Notes under the pieces: model-generated
Databases searched by the model: none
What the model saw: only the letters and a program-made list of their open reading frames with translations
What the model was told of the DNA's origin: nothing
Position numbers and translations under genes: made by a program
Shown: piece by piece, positions 1 to 9,114 of the stretch
How the letters are laid out: each line of letters starts with the position of its first letter
Numbering within the stretch: position 1 is the stretch's first letter
From: an uncultured Chthonomonadaceae bacterium
GTDB taxonomy: Bacteria > Armatimonadota > Chthonomonadetes > Chthonomonadales > Chthonomonadaceae
DNA length: 64,000 nucleotides
NCBI GenBank assembly: GCA_963817895.1
Contig: CAWFQB010000002.1
Coordinates: 576,001-640,000, forward strand
Direction: 5' to 3'

Positions 1-703
1 CCAGAAACGTTCCGTCCGGCGCGACGACCTGACTGCGCCCGATGAAGCGCGTCCCCCGCTCCACGCCCACGCGGTTGCAGGCAACCACGTACATGCGGTT
101 CTCCCAGGCGCGGGCGCGCGTGAGAAATTCCGGCGCGCTGTCGGCCCCCTCCGGCCAGTTTGTCGGCACAACCAGCACATCCGCGCCCCGCAATGCCAGC
201 GAACGCGCGGCTTCGGGAAAGCGCATATCGTAACAGATTAAAATGCCGATACGCGCAAACGGCAGTTCAATGATTGGCAGTTCATTCCCTCTGCCCACAT
301 AACGGTCTATGCCCAGAACGGGCAAATGGCACTTGCGATAACAGGCGATCAACCCTTCCGGCCCGATCACCGCCGCGCTGTTGTAAATGGTATCCGTTGC
401 CTCCTCATGTTCCAGAAAACCGATGACGGCATAGATGTTGGCGAGACGGCAGTAGCCGGCAAATAACTGCATGAATTCACTGTCAGCGGCAACGGCGGCG
501 GGACGGGCCTCTTTCGCGCTGTGATACACATAGCCGGAAAGGGCGCACTCAGGAAACACCACCAACTGCGCCCCCGCAATGCCCGCCTCCCGTATGTACC
601 CTTTTGTAATCTGCGCCCTGTTGTCGCGAATATCGCCCAACTTCGGATTCATCTGTACAACGGCGACGCGAAACGGCGCGCAGTTATTGTTGTCTTCTGG
701 CAT
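1..703 (-). CDS. Carbon-nitrogen hydrolase (nitrilase/amidase) family protein, 3' end runs off the window
   Basis: Manual translation from ATG at 703 gives VAVVQM...LVVFPECALSGY...YNSAAVI...YRKCHL...GILICYDMRFPE...RAWEN, the Glu-Lys-Cys nitrilase motifs. It is absent from the ORF track because there is no stop in the window. Confidence 0.9.
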   Translation of the reverse strand, partial: MPEDNNNCAPFRVAVVQMNPKLGDIRDNRAQITKGYIREAGIAGAQLVVFPECALSGYVYHSAKEARPAAVAADSEFMQLFAGYCRLANIYAVIGFLEHEEATDTIYNSAAVIGPEGLIACYRKCHLPVLGIDRYVGRGNELPIIELPFARIGILICYDMRFPEAARSLALRGADVLVVPTNWPEGADSAPEFLTRARAWENRMYVVACNRVGVERGTRFIGRSQVVAPDGTFL

Positions 704-718
704 GAGAATTGTCCTTAT

Positions 719-1651
719 TTACCGCGCTTCGGCAGTGTAGGGGCGGAAACCGCGTACCATCAGCCCCTTCTGGTTCTCTTTATTCGCCTGCGCGATCCGT
801 TTTTCATTCTCGGCGCGGTTGGCTTCTGTCGAAGCGTTGACAACCACATAGTCGTCGGCGCGGCGGTAGCGGTTGATGAAGACCGGGCGCGGCTTTTCGG
901 AGTGGTTCTCTTTAGAGCCGTGAATGGTTTTGACATGAAAGAAAATCGAGTCGCCCGCCTGTCCCGTAATCGGCAGCGCGGCTTCCCAGGGCCAGGCGTG
1001 GGGATCGAGTCCCAGGTGCGAAAACGTGTCAATGTGATGCAGCGTACCCAATCGGTGCGAACCGGGAACCACATACAACGCGCCGTTCACCAGATCGGTA
1101 TCTACCGCGTAATTCAACTGCCCGACCGGGCCTTCAAACTTGTGTTCAAAGTACGCGCAGTCCTGATGCAGATTTTTGGGATGCCCGCCCACCGGCTCTT
1201 TATACAAAACCTGCCCGTTCAGGAATAGTTCGATATTGGGGCCGAGAATGGCCTCCACAATGTCTACGCTCCGGGTATCAAACGCGGACTGAAAGAACGC
1301 CGCGCTGGTATAGTAGCTGACCGCGCCGAGTACCATGATCTGCTTGTCGCGGCCAAAGTGGGCGGGCGCGGGCAAAAACAGGGTTCCGTTCGGCGTCGTC
1401 CAGCCTTCGGGAATCGCCTTCGCCTGATCCAGCAGGTCGAGCGACTGCTTTGCCCCGGCTTCAATATCGCGCTGAATGTCGGCCAGATAGCGGCGCATCA
1501 GGCCCCGCACAACCAGACACCCATGCTCCTGATAAATGGCGGCGGCCCGCGCTACGTCCAGATTGTCCGCGAACACTTCCAATTCCTGCACAGTGACAGG
1601 TGACAAATTGGCAAGACTGAATTCTTCTGCGGTGATGGTGGGCGTGGGCAT
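719..1651 (-). CDS. Phytanoyl-CoA dioxygenase (PhyH) family Fe(II)/2OG oxygenase
   Basis: LHQDCAY (HxD), NGALYVVPGSH, AGDSIFFHVKTIHGS and downstream R motifs. Confidence 0.85.
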   Translation of the reverse strand: MPTPTITAEEFSLANLSPVTVQELEVFADNLDVARAAAIYQEHGCLVVRGLMRRYLADIQRDIEAGAKQSLDLLDQAKAIPEGWTTPNGTLFLPAPAHFGRDKQIMVLGAVSYYTSAAFFQSAFDTRSVDIVEAILGPNIELFLNGQVLYKEPVGGHPKNLHQDCAYFEHKFEGPVGQLNYAVDTDLVNGALYVVPGSHRLGTLHHIDTFSHLGLDPHAWPWEAALPITGQAGDSIFFHVKTIHGSKENHSEKPRPVFINRYRRADDYVVVNASTEANRAENEKRIAQANKENQKGLMVRGFRPYTAEAR

Positions 1652-1681
1652 GGTGGCTCCTTTGGTTGAGAGTTGAGAATA

Positions 1682-1712
1682 GCCCCCCTCCCAAAATGTT
1701 TGGGAGGGGGGC
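1682..1712. repeat. REP-like palindrome (ccccctccca...tgggaggggg)
   Basis: Inverted repeat seen directly; related hairpins near 22004-22035, 31950-31984, 32327-32363 and 42271-42299. Confidence 0.6.
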
Positions 1713-1721
1713 AGGGTAAAG

Positions 1722-1758
1722 TTTTGTTATCAGATTGTACCCTGTGTTGTTACGGAAG
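1722..1758. repeat. 37-bp direct repeat copy 1 (copy 2 at 2887-2923)
   Basis: ttttgttatcagattgtaccctgtgttgttacggaag vs ttttgtttttagattataccctgtgttgttacggaag, 3 mismatches. Confidence 0.9.
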
Positions 1759-1824
1759 CGGGCGCATTTCAAACCCCTGATAAATGGAATAAGCTATTGG
1801 GGTCGTTTGCCGATGTCTGACACG

Positions 1825-2814
1825 CTACTGCGTCGCGCCGGCCTGCCGGAGAATTTGCGCGATTTTGCGGCCCGCCTGCTTGTCCCCGGCAATCTGCGAC
1901 GGGGGGCGCGTTTCCGGGGCGTTGGGATAGGTCCAGGGCGCTTTGCCTGCGGCAAGTTCTATGGCGAATTGCAAAGCCGTCCGTCCCTGCCTGTTTTTGG
2001 CGCGCATGTCTGCGCCGCGCCGCAACAGCAAGTCTACCACTGCTGGAGTTTTGCTGTTCACGGCGGACATTAACACGGTGTTACCCGCCCTGTCTTTCCA
2101 GTTCACCGCCGCGCCATGCGCCAGCAGCAATTCCACCAGTTCTGCATTGCCCTGTCTCGCAGTCTGGTTGAGGACGGACTCGCCAACATCGCCGTTCATC
2201 TGCGCTTCGGCAGGGTCGTTAGGGGCGGCTCCGCGCTCCAGCAGCAGTTTCACCACCGGATACCGCGCCGCTCTGTCCTTACCGGTGGCTTTGGCGCAGG
2301 CTTGCTGTAAGGGAGTGCTGCCCTGCATACCAACTTTGTTGGGGTCGGCGCCCAAATCCAGAACGGCATTGACGATGGACGCATCTCCATAATAAACAGC
2401 CTCACACAAGTCCTCTGCTTTGAGCCGCGCGCCATGCGCCAGCAAAGCCGGCACAAGTTCATGCGCGGCTTTGTCGGACGAGCGTAAATCTAACGTTTGG
2501 CGTAGCGTATCCTCGTCACTGTTGGGATTTGCGCCCGCTTTCAGCAGCAGTAAGGCGATTTCTACTCTCTGACGACTGTTGCTTGCGTTGATAAAACCAA
2601 CCGTTTGTCGCAGCATGGAATGCCCAACCCAATCGCGGCTGTTTGGGTTCGCGCCTGCTGCCAACAGCCGTTTGACGCCCTCAACATTGCCTTGATCCAG
2701 CAGATGAGCAAATTGCTCGACTTGAATTTGCCGCTGATAGTTGTGTCTGATTACCAGCAGCATGGCGCAGACAAAAAGGGCGAACAGGGGCCAAACCGAG
2801 CGAGAACGGGACAT
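1825..2814 (-). CDS. Ankyrin repeat protein with N-terminal membrane anchor/signal
   Basis: Repeated LLxxGAxPN / GxTxL ankyrin motifs. Hydrophobic N-terminus from ATG 2814; the ORF-track start at 2988 overlaps the upstream gene. Confidence 0.9.
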   Translation of the reverse strand: MSRSRSVWPLFALFVCAMLLVIRHNYQRQIQVEQFAHLLDQGNVEGVKRLLAAGANPNSRDWVGHSMLRQTVGFINASNSRQRVEIALLLLKAGANPNSDEDTLRQTLDLRSSDKAAHELVPALLAHGARLKAEDLCEAVYYGDASIVNAVLDLGADPNKVGMQGSTPLQQACAKATGKDRAARYPVVKLLLERGAAPNDPAEAQMNGDVGESVLNQTARQGNAELVELLLAHGAAVNWKDRAGNTVLMSAVNSKTPAVVDLLLRRGADMRAKNRQGRTALQFAIELAAGKAPWTYPNAPETRPPSQIAGDKQAGRKIAQILRQAGATQ

Positions 2815-2886
2815 GGCAAGCCTCCACGCGAACGGAACGCGATCCATTTGCTTTCGAGACAAGCAGTGGCGAAAATAGCCTTTACA

Positions 2887-2923
2887 TTTTGTTTTTAGAT
2901 TATACCCTGTGTTGTTACGGAAG
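2887..2923. repeat. 37-bp direct repeat copy 2, overlapping the stop codon of the signal peptidase-like gene and containing TATAAT on the minus strand
   Basis: Minus strand reads CTTCCGTAA-CAACACAGGG-TATAAT-CTAAAAACAAAA. Confidence 0.9.
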
Positions 2924-3754
2924 TCGTCGCCAGCGTGATAAAGGAGCCACGATGAACGTGATTTTGCCGATAATGCGTTTGCGTTCAAGGACGCCCCAGT
3001 AGCGGCTGTCGTTACTGTCGTTACGGTTGTCGCCCATGACCCAGTATTCGTCCGCTTTCAATCTCACGGGGCCACCGCGCCAGCGTGTGGCAAAGGTGAA
3101 TTGTTCCTCCAGATTCTGGTCCATGGGTTCTCGTATAGAGTAGGGCCAGTGGGGGTTCCGAAACTCGTTGAGTTGGCTGCCATTTCGGTAAACGTGTCCC
3201 TCTTTGATTTCGATAGTGTCACCGGGCAGGCCGATCAGCCGCTTGGCAAGAACATTCTCAACCTGTCTTCCATTATATCTATGTTCCGCGTCCGCCTCTC
3301 TCGGCGCGAGAAACACTACGACATCGCCACATTGGGGAGTGTTCCACCGATACGCCCCCTTATTGACGACAACCGTGTCGTGAATCGTATCCGCGTGTAC
3401 TATGCGAGCATCCCCGGCTACCGGCTGCCCCGCGTCATGCCCCATCAGGTTCGGCTCCATCGCCTCCGAGGGAATCGTGTAGAAGCGAATGTAGCTGCTG
3501 AACCAGCAGGTAAAACAGAGTAACACTGCCGCGCTGCCAAACGCGAACACCAACCGGCGAGGCCAGCGAACCGGCTTCCGCATTACGGTTTGCTGATCGC
3601 AAGTGACGGCCATGTCGGCGATGCGCTGCCGCAGCGCGGGGGAAACATCTTCGGCAACATAAGCCTGCTGTAATGTGGCCTGCAAGCGCGAATCAAGACC
3701 GTCTTCAGCAGGCAGGGGAGAAGCGCCTGAAGCGCGATGAGAAAACAGATTCAT
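2915..3754 (-). CDS. Signal peptidase I (S26)-like protein with anti-sigma-like N-terminus; catalytic Ser position is Ala
   Basis: IPSEAMEPNL (box B), KRLIGLPGD (box D), MGDNRNDSNDSRYWG (box E); single TM near aa 68-88; start overlaps the ECF sigma stop. Confidence 0.8.
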   Translation of the reverse strand: MNLFSHRASGASPLPAEDGLDSRLQATLQQAYVAEDVSPALRQRIADMAVTCDQQTVMRKPVRWPRRLVFAFGSAAVLLCFTCWFSSYIRFYTIPSEAMEPNLMGHDAGQPVAGDARIVHADTIHDTVVVNKGAYRWNTPQCGDVVVFLAPREADAEHRYNGRQVENVLAKRLIGLPGDTIEIKEGHVYRNGSQLNEFRNPHWPYSIREPMDQNLEEQFTFATRWRGGPVRLKADEYWVMGDNRNDSNDSRYWGVLERKRIIGKITFIVAPLSRWRRLP

Positions 3755-4473
3755 GGCTTCACCGTGTCTTTCATATCGGTTTGAGCGGCGGGAGGCGCAT
3801 CGGGCAGGAAGTAGGCGCGTCCCTCGCGGAAAATGTTGGCGCGAGCGCGTTGCAGCAGGCTGTTGATAGCGTGGGAGGAACGCCGCATAACGGTCGCAAT
3901 CTCGGCAATAGATAATTCTTCGACGTATTGCAGCAATAATGCTTCGCGCTGATCGGGATGCAGAGCGTCCACAAGGGCGCGAATGTGCTGCCGCGCATCC
4001 TGCTGTTGCAGCAGCAGTTCCGGATCGGGCGCGGTTCCGCTAATCTTCTCCCACAGGATATTGGCCGCTTCCGGCGTCACGGCCATTTCCGAAGCCAGCG
4101 TTTCGCGCCGCTTGCTCCGCTTGCGCATGTTGTCCACAATTTTGCGCCGCGCAATTCCCAGCAGCCACGCCTGCGGCGACGCGCCTTGAAAACCAGATAG
4201 GCAGGCAAACGCGGCGGCGAACACCTCCGCCGTAGTGTCTTCGGCCTCCTGGCGGGGTGAAACGCGCCGGCTTACATAGCCGAACACGGTTTCCAGATAC
4301 CGCTCATGCAGCAGCGCGGCAGTCAGGGTTGGACCAGAAGCCGAAACTGTATTCGCGCGGCCTTTATTTGCCAGAAGCCGCGCCGGTGGGCGTGTCAGCA
4401 TCAATCTGTTCACAGAAGTCTCCTGCCGGGTGAAAATGCCTGATCGAAAACGTGCCACGCAGCCGTCCGCCAC
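3751..4473 (-). CDS. ECF (sigma-70 family) RNA polymerase sigma factor; true start probably ~4400-4412
   Basis: Region 2 EAEDTTAEVF...WLLGIARRKIVD; region 4 LHPDQREALLLQYVEELSIAEIA...LQRAR. Confidence 0.9.
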   Translation of the reverse strand: MADGCVARFRSGIFTRQETSVNRLMLTRPPARLLANKGRANTVSASGPTLTAALLHERYLETVFGYVSRRVSPRQEAEDTTAEVFAAAFACLSGFQGASPQAWLLGIARRKIVDNMRKRSKRRETLASEMAVTPEAANILWEKISGTAPDPELLLQQQDARQHIRALVDALHPDQREALLLQYVEELSIAEIATVMRRSSHAINSLLQRARANIFREGRAYFLPDAPPAAQTDMKDTVKP

Positions 4474-4664
4474 CTCGGGATAACGCGACGGTGTCTTCGG
4501 ACGCAGGCAATGAAAAGTAGAGCGTACGAAAAGTGTGGCACAAGTTAAGTTCGCGTTAGCGGTCGAAAACTATCGGGCAAATCAGCAAAATTGGAAGAAA
4601 AGCAGGAAAACAGCCATGTTTTCTCCAAAACAACCCTATCCCTCTTACCTGAAAGGAAATTGCT

Positions 4665-5966
4665 GTGAAACTCAAAACCGTCGCGTCATTGCTGACCGCG
4701 TTTCTCGCCTGCGCGTCCCTGAATGTTCGCGCGCAGGACAACCCCATGATTGCCGGAGCCATTGCAAACGCGCTGGCAACCAAAAACAGCGCGGACGCCA
4801 CTACCCTGGCCGCGCAGTTACGCGCCATGTCCCGCAATCAGGACATAAAGCAGGGGTTGCGCCCGCTTGTGCAATTCGATGGGGACAATGCCATTGTGGT
4901 TTTCGCCATCGAAGCCCCTTCCGGCGCGCCAACCGTGTCGTACACAACCGACGGCTCCACGCTGAACACGCAGCATCACCCCACCCTGATGAAATTGGGC
5001 GAGGACGGCCTGTATGCCGCTGTCACGCGCATAAACGGGGCTGGAAAAATGCCGTTTGCTACCGGAGTCGGCCTGAACGTTGTCTATTATCTGGACGGCA
5101 AGCCGATTGACCGCAAGCGCCCGAATGGCAGTCCCGATGACGGCCATTTTGAAGCGTACCCGCACAACCCGGACAACGATGTGGACCCCAACGCGCCCAA
5201 AGGCAAGTTGACGCAGCAGCCCCGCTGGAAAAGTACAATATTTGCCAACACGGAGCGCGACTGGTGGGTGTACGTGCCGGCGCAATATACCCCCGACAAG
5301 CCCGCCTGCGTAATGATTTTTCAGGACGGCGGCGGCTACAAGGATACGGTCAGCCGCGTGTTCGACCGTTTGATCGCCAAAGGCGATATGCCCGTGACCG
5401 TAGGCATTTTCATCAACCCCGGCGATCTGCCGCGTGGCGTGAGCGCGCCGGGTAACAGGGGTGAGCGCAGTTACGAGTACGACACGCGCAGCGACCTGTA
5501 CCCCCGCTTTCTGCTGGAAGAGATGCTGCCGGAAGTGGAGAAAACCGTCAAGCTCCGGCACGACGCCGCCAGCCGCGCGGTTGCCGGACTGAGCAGCGGC
5601 TCCCCTGCCGCGTTCGCCTGCGTCTGGTATCGCCCCGACCAGTTCAGCAAGGTGCTGTCGTGGATCGGCAGTTTTACCGACCTTTCCCCCGGTGAAACCG
5701 GCTACGAGGGCGCGCACAACTATTCCTTCCTGATACGCCGCCTCAAGGACGACGATCCGCGTACTAAAATCCGCGTGTTTTTGCAGGATGGCGGCAACGA
5801 CCTGGACAATCCCTTCGGCGATTGGCCCCTTTCCAATCAGGAGATGGCCCGCGCCCTGAACTTCAAGCATATAGACTACAAGTTCGTGTTCGGCGGCGGC
5901 AACCACAGCGGCACGCACGGCTACGCCATTCTGCCCGAAACGCTGCGGTGGCTGTGGAGGCAGTAG
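4665..5966 (+). CDS. Secreted alpha/beta-hydrolase esterase (enterochelin esterase-like)
   Basis: Signal peptide (VRA-QD); RDWWVYVP, MIFQDG, ERSYEYD, GLSSG nucleophile motif, C-terminal His. Confidence 0.85.
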   Translation: MKLKTVASLLTAFLACASLNVRAQDNPMIAGAIANALATKNSADATTLAAQLRAMSRNQDIKQGLRPLVQFDGDNAIVVFAIEAPSGAPTVSYTTDGSTLNTQHHPTLMKLGEDGLYAAVTRINGAGKMPFATGVGLNVVYYLDGKPIDRKRPNGSPDDGHFEAYPHNPDNDVDPNAPKGKLTQQPRWKSTIFANTERDWWVYVPAQYTPDKPACVMIFQDGGGYKDTVSRVFDRLIAKGDMPVTVGIFINPGDLPRGVSAPGNRGERSYEYDTRSDLYPRFLLEEMLPEVEKTVKLRHDAASRAVAGLSSGSPAAFACVWYRPDQFSKVLSWIGSFTDLSPGETGYEGAHNYSFLIRRLKDDDPRTKIRVFLQDGGNDLDNPFGDWPLSNQEMARALNFKHIDYKFVFGGGNHSGTHGYAILPETLRWLWRQ

Positions 5967-6089
5967 CAAAGGATGAAGGATGAAGGATGAGGGATGAAGA
6001 CAATGCCCACTCCGCAGCAAACGTTGCCTCTATCAAGCGGCAAGTTTGAGAATAGGAGCATTTGTCTTCATCCCTCATCCTTCATCCTT
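5967..6089. repeat. Element with inverted heptamer arrays (GGATGA(A/G))n ... ((T/C)TCATCC)n
   Basis: Direct inspection; similar element at ~59671-59796 shares the gaagacaatgc core. Confidence 0.8.
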
Positions 6090-6152
6090 CGCAAAACCCG
6101 GTATTTTTCTTAGTTACACTCCGACGCTCCTGTGGAAAAATGCTAGTGTGTG

Positions 6153-6249
6153 ACCGCGCAGGCAGGCTGCCTGGTGGCTGTCCTGCCGCAATGGCGCAGC
6201 AGGACAGCCACGCAGCCATACTGTTGTCTGGCTTTGCTGCCTGCGCGGT
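6153..6249 (+). promoter_or_regulatory. Predicted multibranch RNA structure upstream of flagellin
   Basis: 13-bp outer stem 6153-6165/6237-6249 and 13-bp inner stem 6174-6186/6199-6211. Confidence 0.45.
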
Positions 6250-6354
6250 GGGCTGTTCAAACGGATAGCCCCGTTCGTTTACGCAAAATTATTCCGCGTA
6301 ACGAAGTCGCGGCGGGATGCCGCGCGACGCGCATCACGGAGGAGCAAAAATACC

Positions 6355-7866
6355 ATGGGCTTGCAGATCAACACGAACGTTACCGCGCTCAACGCGCTCG
6401 ACAACCTGACCAAAGTTTCCGGCAATGTCGCCAGCAGCATCGAAAAACTGTCTTCCGGTCTGCGCATCAACCGCGCCGCCGATGATCCCTCCGGCCTGAT
6501 CATCTCCGAAGTCGCTGCGCGCCCAGATTGACGGCCTCAACCAGGCCGTCAGCAACAGCCAGGACGCCACCAACCTGATCAAAACTTCCGAAGGCGCCCT
6601 TACCGAAGTGAACAGCCTGCTGCGCAACGTCCGCCAACTTGCCGTTCACGCCGCCAACACCGGCGTCAACGACCAGGTGGCGGTGCAGGCCGACCAGACG
6701 CAGATCAGTTCGGCCATTGCCAGCATCCAACGCATCGCCGAGCAGACGCAGTTCGGAACCAAGCATCTGCTCGACGGCTCTTCGGGTATCGCGGCCAATG
6801 TGGTAGACACCAAGAACATCGCGGGCATCAGCATCGGCGGCGTGTTCAACAACCTCACCACGCAAAGCGGAACCGTCAACGTGGTTGTCAACTCCGTCGC
6901 CACTCGCGCTCAGGTATCGGGCACGGCTCTGGCGACGTATGCCAGCGTCAACGCCAGCATCAGCACGGTCAACGGCCTGAAAACCGGCAGCGGCGGCACG
7001 GTTGTTCTCAACGGGCAGACCATCAGCGTCAGCGGTTCGGACACCGTGCAGACGCTCATCAACAAGATCAACAACCTGGCAGGCACAACCGGCGTTTCCG
7101 CCGACTTCACCAGCGGCAACGGTTCGGGCGCTATCGTGCTGACGCAGCAGAACTATGGCTCCAACTTCGCCATCAACGAAAGCGAATCGCTCCACCCTGC
7201 TGACAGGCACGGGTTCGCCCACGCTGGTCAAGGGGAGCAATGCCACTGTCACCGTTATCGCTTCGGCTCTGGTCAATGGCGTCGTCACCAGCGTCGTCGC
7301 CACCTTCACCGGGGGACGTTCCGCCACCGACAGCGGGCTGCGCGTGACCGATAACGCGGGCAACTCCATCCTGCTCACGGAAGGCGCATTGAGCAACTAC
7401 AGCGCAGGCGCGCCGGTGCAATTGTCGGTTGCGACAGTTACGGCAGGCAACCTGCAGTTCCAGATCGGCGCCAACGCCGGTCAGACGGTGAGCGCCAGCC
7501 TGGGCAACATCCGCACCACCAATCTGGGCAACACCAGCGTCGCGGGTTCGAACCTGTCCCTGGTTGATGTGACAACAACAACAGGAGCCACCAACGCCAT
7601 CACCATCACGGATGAAGCGATTGGGCAGGTGACGCAGTTGCGCGCCAATCTCGGCGCGTTCCAGAAGAACACGCTCGAACTCGACCATCAACTACCTGAC
7701 CGTGGGCGTGGAGAACCTGTCCGCGTCGGAAAGCCAGATACGCGACACGAACGTGGCCTCGGAAGTCGTGAAACTGACCAAGAACCAGATCATTCAGCAG
7801 GCGGCGACTTCGGTATTGGCGCAGGCGAATCAGGCTCCGCAGTCGGTGCTCTCCCTGCTGAGATAG
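6355..7866 (+). CDS. fliC: Flagellin, split by three apparent frameshifts (~6511, ~7190, ~7680)
   Basis: N-terminus [12 protein letters not shown]...[18 protein letters not shown]-terminus FQIGANAGQ...LRANLGAFQ...[11 protein letters not shown]...[24 protein letters not shown]. Confidence 0.93.
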
Positions 7867-7900
7867 GCAGGTAGATAGGTAGATAGGTAGATAGGTAGAT
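7862..7900. repeat. Tandem octamer repeat (GATAGGTA)n
   Basis: Seen directly after the flagellin stop. Confidence 0.8.
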
Positions 7901-7904
7901 CGTG

Positions 7905-7956
7905 GCAGGAACTCTTTCTCCTCTCTGTAAAATCAGGGAAGAGAAAGAGTTCCTGC
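7905..7956 (+). terminator. Long hairpin after flagellin (possible terminator)
   Basis: gcaggaactctttctc ... gagaaagagttcctgc, 16-bp inverted repeat. Confidence 0.55.
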
Positions 7957-8225
7957 TGTCTGTTGTCGCCTCCCTTCCTTTTTCTCAAGCCGTGAGGGTA
8001 TTATCAATGATGGCAGGCCGCGCAAGCCGAAACTTGCCTGCGCAACAGCCTTCGGCGCAACTCTGGAACTACCCGCGTATGCAAAAACGCTGCAATATGC
8101 CCTGATTCGGAACCTGCATAGTTTGCGGCCTGTGAATTCCCGTTACTTCTGCGCGTCGGCAGTGTCCCTGTAATTGGGCTGTCCTGTTTGCTGTTGTAGG
8201 ATTTACCCTGATTTCGCGTTATTAA

Positions 8226-9080
8226 TTGGAGGGAGACGAAACCTTGACTGATATTCACCAGATGCTGGACGATGCTGTATCGCGGCGAACATTTCTCGCG
8301 CGTATGAGCGCGGCGGGACTGGGAGCGCTGTCGCTTCCCCTGCTGACAGGCTGCAACGGCAATACCAGCAGCAACAATATAAATTCCAGCGTGGGCAACT
8401 CGCTGGGATTTACGGGCGTCCCCGGTCGCAACGCCAACGAGGTCGTGCTGAACTACGCGCTCACGCTGGAGATTGCTGAAGCCGACCTGTACCGCCAGGC
8501 GCTCAATCGCGCGTCGGGACTGGCGCTCGGCACACAACTGGATACGCGCCTGCCTACCCCCGGCACAACCGGCAATTACAAGTTGACGCTGACGGCGGGC
8601 GGCCTGGACAGCAACACGGCTGCGGCAGCCTTTTTGTACCTGACGCAGTTCGCCTATACGGAAGCGACCCATCGAGACTATCTGTTTGCCATCCTGACCG
8701 GATTGGGAGCGCCCCTCGCGCAGGCCAACGTCAAAGGCTACCAGTTCCCCAACAACGAACCCGGCGCGGACCTGCGAACCATTCTGACCACCCTGTACTC
8801 TATTGAAGAGACGGGGCAGCGGGCCTATCTCGGCAGTGTGCCGACGCTGACGGACAATGGCATGGCGCAGATTGCGGGAGCCATCCACTCCACGGAAGCG
8901 CGTCATGCCGCCGCGCTGGCCTATACTCTGGGCAAAGACCCCGGCCCCGCGCCCGGTGTCGCCGCAACCGCAGACGTGAGCGTGACCGGGCAGACGTACC
9001 CGCATCCCAATACGTTTGAATACGCCTCGGCCCCCTCGGACGTGCTGACGGCGGTTTCCACAGCCTACTTTGTCAAATAG
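8226..9080 (+). CDS. Ferritin-like domain protein (Ferritin_2), Tat-exported lipoprotein
   Basis: SRRTFL Tat motif, LLTGC lipobox, VLNYALTLE...EATH...EETGQRAYLG...EARHAA di-iron motifs. Confidence 0.85.
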   Translation: MEGDETLTDIHQMLDDAVSRRTFLARMSAAGLGALSLPLLTGCNGNTSSNNINSSVGNSLGFTGVPGRNANEVVLNYALTLEIAEADLYRQALNRASGLALGTQLDTRLPTPGTTGNYKLTLTAGGLDSNTAAAAFLYLTQFAYTEATHRDYLFAILTGLGAPLAQANVKGYQFPNNEPGADLRTILTTLYSIEETGQRAYLGSVPTLTDNGMAQIAGAIHSTEARHAAALAYTLGKDPGPAPGVAATADVSVTGQTYPHPNTFEYASAPSDVLTAVSTAYFVK

Positions 9081-9114
9081 GAATTCACAGTAATCAGGAA
9101 GGAATCAATTCACG

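Noticed and set aside
4818..6020. Long antisense ORFs (this 400-aa one, also 12975-14225, 13912-15069, 8004-9005 and others)
   Set aside because: Shadow ORFs opposite well-supported genes in GC-rich DNA, with no recognisable motifs.
6355..7866. Flagellin phase variation or true pseudogene
   Set aside because: The indels are not in obvious homopolymer or repeat tracts, and similar breaks affect many unrelated genes, so sequencing error is more parsimonious.
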